Under the pieces are notes generated by a model. The model was given only the letters and a program-made list of their open reading frames with translations. It searched no databases and was not told where the DNA came from. From the NCBI GenBank assembly GCA_026914245.1, contig CP110439.1:3100001-3164000 (forward strand): a DNA stretch of 64,000 bases, given 5' to 3'. The DNA comes from Puccinia triticina (taxonomy: Eukaryota). The translations under genes were made by a program, and so were the position numbers. Every line of letters starts with the position of its first letter. Positions within the stretch are counted from its first letter, which is position 1. Shown one piece after another: positions 50,232-62,597 of this stretch.

Positions 50232-51454
50232 ACATTCCCTTGATGGCGCTGGAAACACTGCAACCAATAAGACTCTTCTTCCTTTGTCTGCAAGCTTGCA
50301 GACATTAGGGGGGTTCACGTTGGCAAAAATCCACTGCTGATTTCGTCTGCTCCACCTGTCAGTAAGGTTTATGCATGGTAGATTGCTTCCCAAGGGGAGC
50401 TGCCCACCAGAACCTTGTATGTAGCCTTCTCCTTAGTGAAATTATTCAAAAGCCTCTCTTAAGGAGAGCCCTCCGGGCGGGGTCCTCCGTTCGAGAGGCC
50501 GCTTAGTTAAGCAGAAGCTAGTCCGAGCTCGTTGGTATCGCCAAAGTGGCACAGAAGAACGAGGCCAGGTCGCTGAAGGTGCCCGGCCCAAGGCCGCCGG
50601 GCGAGGTCAAGCCCCCCCGGAGCAGCCGCTGTCAATGCGCCGAGATCAGCTAGGCATCCGTCCGGCGCAAGCCCGCCGTCACGAACCCCGGGAATGAAAT
50701 GGATCAGGATGAGGATCGTGCTCAAGAATAACCTCATCTGCCGAATATTTACACTGCTGGTACCTCTGGTACCGGCGGCACGTACCTCCAGCTGGGTTGG
50801 GGAAAATGCTGCCAAAAAAAGTGAAAATTTTGTCGGTTTTCAGTTGATGATGGTGGTGATATTCCAGAAGGATAACCGCATCATTGTATTTTTTTGTATC
50901 TTTTTTTCTCGCAGCCTACATCTACAAACATTGTCATAAGCCTAGATAGCATGATTCTCTACGCTTCATAAATAACCGGGGGATTTGCCCGTCTGTGTCT
51001 GATAAGATAAAAAACGACAATCTGAAAGCTGGAACTTGCCCGCAACTAGTAACATTCAAACCAGAAACAAATCATTTAAAAGACTATTCAGACTAGCACA
51101 CTGCCTGTGTTAAATTTTTTTAGAAGTTTGTGTGTGCAGAGGGTTTCCGCAATGGCGAAAAACAATAAAAATGTTTGCGTGTGCCATGCGTCGTACGTTG
51201 CTCACTCACACATCAAAGAAGCAAAAGCAGTCAAAACGAACGACAGGAGAAAGGCAAGACTATCAAATGGCCATGGGATTACAGGTTTTCTTTAAATTTC
51301 ACTTGTATATTTTATACGTAACCTTTTGCTCAGTTATGGTATATGGGATGGATATAATCAAACTCGACTTGGCGCAAGTGGGATTTACAAGCTGACCGAA
51401 GAGAGAGACCACCATGCAATCAAAAAACCAAGTCTATTTCGATGTGGTTTTGAA

Positions 51455-52906
51455 TCACTTTTTTTGTCGGTTGAGGGATTCATCATTGACTTGATTAAGG
51501 AACAATTTCACAACGAGCGAGTCAGTGATGGGTTCGATAGGTCGGCGGGTGAACAAAGTAAAGGGTACTGTACCATTTAACATTAATGTGTCTGAGTCCA
51601 GAATCAGTCTGTTCCCACTTTGGGCAACCACCCCAGCAATCTCACGTGCAGCTTCGAGCCTTCTGAGTTGCAAGAACCCTGTGAGAATCAAATGAAGGAT
51701 TCATGTCAGTTAAGGGATCCTTGGTCAGAGCTCATTTTCTAGCACAAAATATAGGGGGGGAGACAGGAGGAGATGCAGATTGACTGACCTCGATTCTGTT
51801 TGACAGCCTCACCAATCAACTCTGCACTCCGAGCCTCACCCTGAGCGCGAATTTTAGTGGCCTGTTTTTCTTGGATGGCTTGATCGACCAGGAAGGCAGC
51901 TCGTTGGGCGGTTTGTTGAGCAATCTGTTTGCTCTCGACCGCCTCACTGAAAGCAGGCGAGAAAGTGACATGGGTGATCGAAACGTCGTCTAGCGTGAGG
52001 TTGAAGCGGGAGGCTCGACGGGTAAGGTTTTCTCGAACAAGCCGGGAGACCATCTCTCGTTGACCAATCAGTTGGGATGCGTTGAACTGGGCTACTACCG
52101 ATTTTAGCACTTCATTTCTGAGCCAATTCAATTTGATCATTCGGATTGTTGTCAGTAACGGATCAGATCCAAAGAAAAAAGCCATGGAAATTTACACTAT
52201 GCTGGGCAATACGCGCTCATCATAATCCGAGCCAAGTTCTCGATATATCGTTGCCAGGGAGTCGACGTTAGGGCGGGATAAAACTCGACAAGTGATATTG
52301 ACCATCTGGAGATCTGATTTGGGTTGAAGTTAGTTCCTTCAGGTGCCTCTTTTTGGCTTTCGGGCACTATCAATCTTGGATGTAGCAAATTTATATACCT
52401 TTCGTGCCAGTGAGGGATGCAATTGTTCTAGGTTTCGCCCGAACATCATAGATGATCGGGGTCTCCAACCAAGGGATCTAAACCATACCACATCAGAGGA
52501 ACGCTAATGATCGGTATGAGGTAAATGAAAGGATGAAGGCGGCTTAGAGGGACTGACCACAAAATGAGTTCCTTCCCCATATACATCCGGTTTGACCCCA
52601 TGAATTCGAGTATACTTGATGGCCCGGTGGCCTCCATCGACTGAACACAGACGATCGTGCTGGTTGAGTGAGCTGAGCATGTACGATGGCGGGTATCTAC
52701 TCGGACGCACCGTTAAAGAGTGCCGAGTTCAGGGTGATTGCCGCCCCACCAAGGAGCAGTAGCCCACCGGCCCCAACCAGGGAATTCCCGACGCCTGATG
52801 ACCCACCGCCGAAGTTGGACTTGCCGCCTCGTCCTGGGCCGGACTGGCCGAACACTCGGGCCTGTTTGGCTAGCAGTTTCGCAAACTCTCGCCCCTGTTG
52901 GTTCAT
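51455..52906 (-). CDS. PHB2: Prohibitin-2, multi-exon
   Basis: Motifs [78 protein letters not shown] and [13 protein letters not shown]. Confidence 0.93.
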
Positions 52907-53093
52907 CGTCTCGAAGTTGTTGGGTGAGTTGTTGTGGGTCTGGGGGTGCGGGGAGCCAGGCGGGCGGTGGGTGGATGGCTGGCTGGGTTTGGTGGTGATT
53001 ATGTAAGCCGGGCAGTATTTATAGGGGACACCATTGGTCAGTCCGCTTGGGTTTCATCCTCATCGCTCTCCATCCACGCTCGCGACGGTCATC
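52907..53093. promoter_or_regulatory. Compact bidirectional promoter region between PHB2 and MCD4
   Basis: The ATGs diverge with only 187 bp between them. An AT-rich TATTTATA lies at about 53017. Confidence 0.5.
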
Positions 53094-56000
53094 ATGATAA
53101 CTTCCCGGGCTTTCGGCGGACCAGCTTGGCTGCTTTCGATCGGATTTGTCTTCCATGCGGTTTATCTCATGTCAAGTAAGTTGCTTCTGCCGTTTCTTTC
53201 TTGATCCAGACTCCGGACTCCGGATGCTGATCGATCCCTTTTGCGTGACAACATAGTATTCGATGTGTATTTCATCAGTCCAGTCGTCAGAGTACCCCAG
53301 CGCTTCAGCCCTTTGGATCCTATTCAGGGTGAACCGCCCGCCTCACGAGTGCACGCCAAGCCCCTTGCCAGTCGGGTAGTTTTGATTGTAGGTGTGTTTA
53401 GTATGATTGTCATCCAGCCTCCTTCCCAAAACAGCTTGAAATACAAACTTGATGCGTTTATTGGTTGATCTTTGTGTGCTTGTAGGTGATGGCTTGAGAG
53501 CGGATAAGTTATTCTCCTTGTTTCCTAATCCGCCCTTCGATCCATCTCTGCCTGTCCCAATCCTGCCAGATCTCAAGCCGATACCGATCTCCGAGGAGGA
53601 CCGGGTCCACGGCAACCAAATCACTCCGGCGCCTTACCTAAGGGCTCTGATCGAGACTGGCGAAGCAAGCTGGGGAGTCAGTCATACACGCGTCCCAACA
53701 GAGAGTAGGCCGGGTCACGTAGCCATCATCGCTGGAATGTATGAGGATGTAAGTGCCGTCACTCGAGGTGAGTGGTTATCCGCTCGACTGTCTTCTTCAA
53801 ATGCTCATCTTCCCATCAATCTCTCTCATCAACTAGGCTGGAAAATGAATCCGGTCAACTTCGATTCAGTCTTCAATCAATCTTCACACAGCTTCACCTT
53901 TGGATCCCCAGACATATTACCCATGTTTAAACATGGTGCATCTGATCCCTCGCGAGTGGATGCTTGGAGTTATGACGAAGCTGCTGAAGACTTCACCAAA
54001 GACGCGGCCCAACTAGACATATGGGTACTCGAACGACTGAGACGTTTATTATCCGATGCCAAGCGAGCCGGTCCAGGCAGCTCCCTCGATCGCCAGCTCA
54101 ACTCAGATCAAGTCTTCTTCTTCTTACATCTTCTTGGATTAGATACTACCGGCCACTCTTATCGCCCTCACTCTCCGGAATACTTCCGGAATATCCAAGT
54201 GGTTGATCAAGTCGTACGAGGCACGCAAGAGCTCTTAGAAAACTTTTACGGCGACGACCGCACGGCTTTCATTTTCACGGCCGATCATGGAATGAGTAAC
54301 ATTGGCAATCACGGGGATGGGGACCCGGACAATACCCGCACCCCACTCGTTGCTTGGGGAAGCGGGATCCAAAAAAGTATGGAAGGCACTCCATTTGTTG
54401 ATGACGGCTCTCTCAAACTTGATCCGTACTACCAAAACTGGAACCTCAACATGACCCAAAGAAAAGACGTGGAACAAGCTGATATTGCTGCCCTCATGGT
54501 GTGTACGCTTGAACAATCTCTTGCAAATTTCTGAGGACTTTTCATGCTGACTCCTTTATGACTGTTTTAGGCTGCCCTTGCTGGAATCCACGTGCCTTCG
54601 AATTCTGTGGGACGTCTACCCCTGGACTATCTGAATGGCTCCCGAACAGAACTCGCCAGGGCCACCTACGCCAACACCCGGGAGATCCTGCACCAATATC
54701 AGACGAAGCATGGTGAGAGAAGAGGAGCTGTAGTGATTATTCCTTCTTACGGACTTGGTGTCGCTAAGATACATCCTTCATTGCTCTGAAAGAGCTTAAG
54801 GCGTCGACAAAATTTGCTTTCCGCTCTTTCCCTGGCTTACCGGATCAAGAAACTTTGAACAAACCGTCCATATCCGAACGATTATTTCTTATTCATAGAA
54901 TGATTATCACTGATCGCAATGATGAGGCAATCAGGGCCTGTAGTGAGTTGCAAACTTTAGCACTACAGGGTTTGAAATACTTGCAAAGGTGGGAAGTCCA
55001 GAGCTCCAGCGCTTGTAAACTTGATGATAACTCACTAATCTTGTTTTCTTACGATAGGTACGACTGGTTCCGACTTCGCACAATCATCGTCATTGGATAT
55101 GTGGGATGGATGGTTTACACTGCCATCTTTGTCCTGCGCACCTACATCATCTCTCCTTCACCTCGTGACCACGTAAGGTTCGGGTCGATCTTCGGCGCTG
55201 TTGTGTTTGCGGTCACAAGTCTATATTTTTATCTGGAGCACAGCCCGATCACGTATTATTTATACGTGTTCTTCCCGGCGTACTTCTGGGGTCAGATCAT
55301 TGACGATGTCGATACCCTACAAGACCTCGTCGATTGGACATCCAGCAGCTCATCATCTCCGACTCGTATTTGGGCTACCATCTTGGCCACCTTGATGAGT
55401 TTAGAATTTATGGTATTAGGGTACTTTCATCGAATGGCTTGGACGATTGGATGGATTGTAATCGGCGTGATATGGCCTACCCTAGCGCTCTCGTCCCGAT
55501 TCAAAGAAGAAAATCGATCATTACTCAAAGCGTGGGCTATTGCTTCGATATTCACCAGCTTATTTACGATCCTACCTGTTGAGAAAGGGGAAAGTATTCT
55601 GGTCATGTTAGTTTGAGTCCGCTGTTCTGATCCAGCCTTGACACATGTCTATTTGGTATTAACTTTTCTTCTGAATTCATTATAGCGCTATCGGGGGTTT
55701 GGCCTTTCTGTACGCTGGATATATTATCCGTCGGAAGTATGGCAGCCCCTCTCGAAGCCAGTTAGCCTTGATCTCAATCACTCTTCTGGTTACCATTGAC
55801 TCGACCAGGAGGCTTCAGCAAAAGCAGGGACTCCCACTTGTCAATCAAGCACTCGGATGGCTGCTTCTTGCTTCCTCTATTCTCCCTCTCTTGCCTCGAC
55901 GCTCAAAACCCTCTTGCGAAACCCAGGACTCTCTATTGACCTCCCGATTGGTCGAAATCGTCTTCGCTTACGCTCCTGTTTTCATCATCTTATCATTATC

Positions 56001-56628
56001 GTACGAGGCGCTTTTCTATTTGGCCTTCGCTGGCTCGTTGTTGATTTGGCTTGAGGTGGAGATACAGTTGACTCGGTTCGACGAATCTCAGGAAAAATCT
56101 GCCAAAGAACGCGAATCCAGATCGGGGGTCGGGAAATCGACCGGACCGATTTCGAAGTTTCGATTACACCACAGTAGATTGAGTTTATTTTATCTGTTTT
56201 TTATCCACGTCGGATTTTTCGGGACGGGTAATGTGGGCTCGATCTCCTCGTTTTATTTGGAGCCAGTCTACAGACTGGTGCCGATCTTCAACCCATTCTT
56301 GATGTCATCCTTACTACTCTTCAAGATCTTGATTCCTTTCCTGATCGTCTCATCAGTCTTTAGTACTTTGAACTTCAGATTAGGCTTGCCAAAGTTTTCC
56401 CTGTTTGTTTCAAGCTTGACAATCACCGATCTGATGAGCCTGAACTTCTTCTTCTTGGTTAATGATGTCGGCTCCTGGCTCGAGATCGGTCAATCCATTT
56501 CCCACTTCGCTATCTCATCCTTGTTGTTAGTCTTCATGATCTTGTTGCATTTCCTGGGCGACTTCCTTTTGCTCGATTTGGTCTCTACTCATCACTCTTC
56601 TATTTCGCCAAAATCCAAGTCCCACTGA
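53094..56628 (+). CDS. MCD4: GPI ethanolamine phosphate transferase 1 (PIG-N), multi-exon
   Basis: Motifs SIFDVYF.SP, VGDGLRADK, SHTRVPTESRPGHVAIIAGMYEDVSAV, HLLGLDTTGH, TADHGMSNIGNHGDGDPDNTRTP, FFGTGN.GSISSF and GSWLEIGQSISHF, plus many TM segments. Confidence 0.95.
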
Positions 56629-57397
56629 TTTTCTTCTCACTGACATTGACGAAAGAATTAAACCTAGTTTTGAAACTTGCATTTGTGCTTGCTTTGTTGC
56701 TGTTCCCTGAGCATTTCTCCTCACGTTCAATCAGAAAAGAAAGTATCTTGTACATACGGATAAATATTGCTTATGTTATACTTGAGGATCATGGATGTTA
56801 GAAACATGCACGACAATTTGTCTGCTGCCCCTTGACAGGCGTCACATCACAGTTTGCCGCGGGATTAATCCCCCTAAGAAAGATAGATGTAGAAAATGGT
56901 AGTAAGCCTATCTAACAATATGAGTCACACAACTTTGTTTTGTCGGGCTCCCATCAGACACAGTTTTTTTTTGAAACTGGGTGTCATCAAAGCTCTTTGT
57001 ACATACGCCTTCACTCCAAAGGTTCTATCTGAAGGTCAAAGTTTTGTGGCAGAATTTGTCCAACTTAGCTAAGTCCGAGCGAAGCGACCTCCGAAGGAGG
57101 GACTTACGGGCTATGGTGAGGATTAAGCAAATGGCTGGGGAAAATTTTAAAACTCAACCTACTCATGCTTTTCTGAACATTTTGCTTCCTTGTTTTGACT
57201 TAAATGATGGCCTCACTTGTGCGCATCTGCTCACCTTGACCGCTTCCCTTCAGCTCTCAAGGTTGGGTCACAACGCTGCCATGAAGTTTTGTGCGCATCT
57301 GGAATATGTGTTATGGCATCTGCCTGTAGTCCAGCGTCTTCCATGCATCGGCACTGCATCAAACAATACACACATACCATGGTGTTTGGGTCTGTTA

Positions 57398-58476
57398 GGG
57401 CCCAATTATAAACAGTTATTGGAATTTTATTCAAAAAAAATCCAAATTCATTCAAAACTTTTTTTGTCTGGATTTTTTTATGTACAGATTCAAAAATAGC
57501 CCAAGTGACCTCGAGGAGGTCATTTGGGATCAAAAATTTTCAAATTTCTGTTATCAAAGCTATTTACAGGCATACAGTACATGTATGCAACACTGTACCG
57601 CACTAATCCAACGGTAGAACTTAGTTGTACCGTTGGTCAGCAATACACAGCCGCAGGCAGTTGAGATTTGGCAACAGCCCAGCCGCCGGAAGCATTTCCA
57701 AATTCCGTGTGCCAAATGCATGTATTACAGGTCTCTGCCTCGGGTGCACAGGAGATCTCTGATCGGGTCCTGTCGAGTCCACATCGAGGGGATGTGTTCA
57801 CCAGGCGCCCAAGTATCATCTGCAACGTTCCCCAGATTGCAAGGGATCCTCTGGCCATACAACTGTTCAAGTGTCAATCAATCATACCAGTCCTGGAGGT
57901 AAAGGGCCCGTCGGCAATTGAGAAGGTTGTGTAGAATCATACACACAAAAGTGTTTGACCGCGCGCGTATCGGCCATGCAGCCTCAGCCATCAGGAGGAG
58001 ACGGAAGTGGTTCTTCAACTGCCAAAATGTATGCTCCACGGGCGGGGGGGGGGGGGGCGGAACAGGCGGTGTTGGCCTGGAATTTGGAATTCCTGTTGTG
58101 TGGCCCGCAGGTTTATAATTGTACATATTATCCAGGCTTTTTTGAAACATATTTGGGCCTGTATTTGCCACAAAAATTTAAGGCCCTGTTTGGCAGCGTC
58201 ATATTATGCAGTGTAATAATAGGAAACATGCTAAATTACATATGGTAAAACATGTCTTCTTAGGATAATCTTTTGAAAGTAAACCCTCATAAGGCTTGGC
58301 AGTTTACTTCCAAAAGATCAGGCGGAAAAGTAATGTCTTACACAATGTAGGGGGACATGGCAAGATTATTTATTGCGTAATAATCACACTGCCAAACAGG
58401 GCCTAAGAGATTTTGTTTTGAATCAAGTTTGGAATATATTACAATAAAACTTTGATAACTGTTTATAATTGGGCCC
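57398..58476. mobile_element. Internally deleted PIF/Harbinger element, copy A
   Basis: TIR GGGCCCAATTATAAACA / TGTTTATAATTGGGCCC with TTA TSD. The minus-strand fragment VCMILHNLL resembles the Harbinger transposase C-terminal C..LHN motif. Confidence 0.85.
58182..58403. mobile_element. Tourist-like MITE nested in copy A
   Basis: TIR GGCCCTGTTTGGCAG / CTGCCAAACAGGGCC with TAA TSD. The empty site (CAAAAACTTAAGAGA) is visible in copy B near 62370. Confidence 0.92.
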
Positions 58477-58785
58477 TTATTATGGTGCAAGCTTCTGATT
58501 TCACCAGCTGTATTCTATGCAGTTGATGTCAAGTGTCAGATGTGGTGGATGATACAGACTGAACATGAAAAAGCCAAATGTTGCTTGCAATCAAAAAGAG
58601 TCAGCTGGGAGAACCTGCTGAGCATTTCCAACATCATGAAGCGCACGGCTTGATTCTCCCAGATAAGCCACTTATTTTGGTGGGAAACTTGGTAACTGCC
58701 AAATGCTGAGGGCGTGAGGGTAGCTGTAGAGAGCTTTAAAAAAAGCCACTTTTTCCCAATCCTCATACACAAGCCAAGTGACTTA

Positions 58786-61700
58786 GGGCCCAATTATAAA
58801 CACTTATTGGAATTTTATTGAAAAAAAATCCAAATTCATTTGAGATGTTTTTTGTCTGGATTTTTTTATGTACAGATTCAAAAATAGCCCAAGTGACCTT
58901 GAGGAGGTCATCTGGGATCAAAAATTTTCAAATTTTTGTTATCAAAACAATTTGCAGGCATACAGTACATGTATGCAGCACTTTACTGCACTAATCCAAC
59001 AGTAGAACTTAGTTGTACCGTTGGTCAGCAATACACCGCCGTAGGCAGTTGATTTGGCAACAGCCCAGCCCAACCGGCATCCATCCCGCCATACCAACCC
59101 AATACCATCTCAGCTTTCCCGGAAAAGAACTCAACGGTAATGAACACTTCAAACGGAAACAAACGCTCAGACATTTGCAGGTCCCTAACGACTTCTTTGC
59201 GTTCATCAACCAACGCGGTTGGATATATGACCTGCAGCCTGGCACCATGACTTCTCACAAGTTGCTTGGCTAGTTCAAATCCTCCGCCCCTATTGACACA
59301 CATCCCTCTCCCACTACATCTTCTCTTGCCCCTAGCAGCCATTCGCCAAAATCTCACCCTTTGTCAACCGCTCCTAAACACCCTGCTGATCACTTCTCTC
59401 TCCCTAAAGCTCTCACTGGAAAATTTAATCTCCCCATCCCACTTCCGAAGTTTGGCGTCTTGCGCAATTTCACTCTTGATTTTGTTGGCAACCCTAGTAC
59501 TTGATTATCATCCTCCATACCGTTAAAAGTTGCTTATAGAACCCTTTCTTCTTTTTTCCCTCTTTTCTCTTGTTTTTGGGCATGAGGATGACCACAAGTG
59601 GCTTCTGAAAGAATGTAAAGGACTAAGAGTTTTTTATTCCCGTTAGACTAAGTTGTATTGTAATTACAATTAAGAGATGGGAATAAATAAAAGGGAGTTG
59701 TCTTTTACCTAAGAGCAGAACCTTGGCCGCTCTCTACTTAAGGATAGAGATGAAGATAAGAGAATATAAGAAAGGTATGAATCCTCGTTGATGGTGACGC
59801 TAATCTGCTCCGGAAGAGAGTTCAGTATTAGCTTTTGCCACTTCACTCCTTGTCTCTCCTGAGGTTTGCGTTCGCCTTACTCAAAATGGTCTTTCGACTC
59901 AGGTGATTTTTCACTTGGCGTTGGCGATTCGGCGCAGAAGAGTTGCAACATTATCTATGTTATAGTTTCGTTGCTTCAGCATCTGCGCTTGGTTCTCGCT
60001 CTCTATGCCTGGAGCACAGATCACTTACCGATATCTTTTCCTGCTCTTTGAGAGGTATTGGTGTGATTGGCCTTTCTTTCTTCGACAGTTTTGTCTAGAT
60101 TGACAAAAAAGGGCTTTAGCACCTTTCTGATCTGTTCTCTTGAGTTTGTATACAGCCGCTTACCTTTGGTGCTAGCCGTAATTCTCTCAATGAGCGATCT
60201 TGGGCCGGAGTTCTCCTGAAGCCTAATCTTGCTGCTCACGTGCGATGTCCCTGCTGTCATCAAGAAGATGAATTCAGTTTCAACCCCCGCGGCGCTGATT
60301 TTGGACTGCGGAAATGGTTTGCTTTGCTCACCTGTTTCCGCAGCTAATTTAGTTCCCGATATCTTTCTCAATTTATGAGAAAGACACCATTCACCTAAGC
60401 TGGAATTCTCACAGCTTCTGATCTGTCTGGGAGCTGACAGGATGCCAAGAGTGCCTTGATGCCGTCTGCATGGCTTGGTTACGCCATTGGGTTATACGAC
60501 CCACCCGGATTTGAGAGTCCAACACCAAGACGGGATGCCGTCGATGTGGCATAGCCCTATTGACAAGGATGTGGCACTAATTTAGCCCAATGGGAGTCCA
60601 AAACTCTTCTGGAGATTATGGACGTCATGGATGCTATCAGTAAGCTGTAGCATGCACGCAAGTAGGGCGTGCTTTGACACTTCATCCAAAGGCGAGCTGG
60701 CTTTGGAGGTTGAGCCATAGTTCCGAAACTAGGCCAAACCAGAGCCGGGGCTCTTTTGAAAGAATAGGAGCAACTGAAAGGTTTATTGCTTATCAGAAGC
60801 TAGTACATAACAGCGAGTAACAAATGAATATAAGATAAGTCTGTGCGCTATCTGTACCTGAAAGCAACTCAAGGCACACTCAAGGTGTTGTCTGGGATGG
60901 GCTAGAGAGACTAAGGAAATATGACTGGGCGAGCTCTGTGCGGGTTTGCTGGGGTTTTTGGTTTAGGGCTGTCAATTGTCCTACCAACCGTATAGGTCAG
61001 TGTTTGGATCAGGTGATCAAGCGTCTCGTCTCTTCTCTCTGTCTGGTGTCTGACTCACGGATATGCAACGACGTCAACTGAAGACTTTCGTTTTATCCTT
61101 GCGGTAGAGCTTTGCCGAGCCGCTTTGGTCTTCTGCTCGACAAACAATGTTTGTTTGAGTCAGCTGAGGTTCTTTTATGTTTTCTGTCTTAGGTCTGGGG
61201 ACATAGGATCAACTACTTGTCGTCAGACCGTTTGTTATCCTGTCTAGGAGGGTTGCTTTCGCTTTTCTGCCGAGTCGTTCCGCAAGTGTTCTGTTAGAAG
61301 AACAAGATTCAGTCAGCCTTGCTATAAGTCTGCTGTAATCTAAGCTCAGGGACAAACAAGGTTCTAAAGCTTGTTGATGGCTTTGTCTTGGCTTGTGCCG
61401 GGGCGGCTGGTGCTGATGGTTTGGGTTCTGATATCGGCGGAGCAATACAGTTAGCTTTTTGGTCTGGGTTCTGGGTTAGGCCTGGGACTGCAAAAGGGGC
61501 TTGAAGCTTACCTTTCTTAGCAGCTGGGGTTTGGGTTTTGTTTTGCCGCGCAAGCTTCCTGTGCGGTTGCTGCGGGTCGGGGTCTGATCCAGTATTCTCA
61601 CATCTTCCTCGTCAGCTGAAGCAGGACTGTGCATGATCTCGTCCCAGCTGAAGGGCAGACTGTTGCTGCGGGAGCTCATTGAATTCAAGGGGCTTTGATC

Positions 61701-62441
61701 CCAAAGATGAACTACATCCCAGGGGAAGAAAAAGGAGTGAGTTCGGGCTGTGGGTAAAGATGATGGTGGAACAGTGCAGACAAGACTGACCTTGAAAGCT
61801 GGTCAAACAATACTATCGTGCGCTTGGGATGGCCCTTCTGGGAGGGCGAATCATTAACACCGACAATTGTCTGGTTGGACGGCTCGGCCGCCGTCTTTCC
61901 ACGCGAGAGATTGGTCTCTCTACAGACAGAGAGGTTAAGGGTGAGCCGGTGAGACTCAAGAGAGCGGGCACGACTGGACCTGTTGATTGCGAGTGGTGGC
62001 AGCTGGAAAGGACTTCTGACAACGACGTAAGTGGAGTCGCTGGGCAGAAGCCTTGTCGGACGCGCGATTGTGTCTTTGAAATCGTGGTTATCTGTTTTGG
62101 GGCGTTCGAAGAATATCTTTGACCAACTGGGGATCCCAGGACGACGGAGTGCAGAAAACGAGGGCCTTTTAACTTGCTGGATCGTTGGTGAAGCCGTGCG
62201 GTCGTGGTTATGGCACTGGCTGGCCGGGGGGGGGGGGGGGGGGGGGGCGGAACAGGCGGTGTCGGCTAGGAATTTGGACCTGTGACGTGTGGGCCGCAGG
62301 TTTATAATTGTACATAATTATCCAGGCTTTTTTGAAACATCTTTGGGCCTGTATTTGCCACAAAAACTTAAGAGATTCTGTTTTCAATCAAGTTTGGAAA
62401 ATATTACGATAAAACTTCAATATGTGTTTATAATTGGGCCC
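58786..62441. mobile_element. PIF/Harbinger-family element, copy B, with an unrelated ~3.1-kb interior
   Basis: Same TIR and TTA TSD as copy A. It shares ~290 bp of left end and ~215 bp of right end with copy A. The interior has minus-strand exon-like segments (61476-61688, 60021-60371) and no transposase motifs seen. Confidence 0.85.
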
Positions 62442-62597
62442 TTAGTTAAGTTAGAGAATTTGTATGGGAGGCATGATGGCAGGTTTAAATATTAGTTTGG
62501 CCCTGCTTCATTTGTGGAAAGTTCAACAAACTCAGCAATCGTCGTGCTCCCTTCTAGAATAGGCTCGTCACATTGCACCTTTTCATCAATTATCAAC

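Noticed and set aside
50513..50830. GC-rich coding-like fragment
   Set aside because: No start or domain is identifiable and it adjoins repeat ends. Probably a TE ORF remnant.
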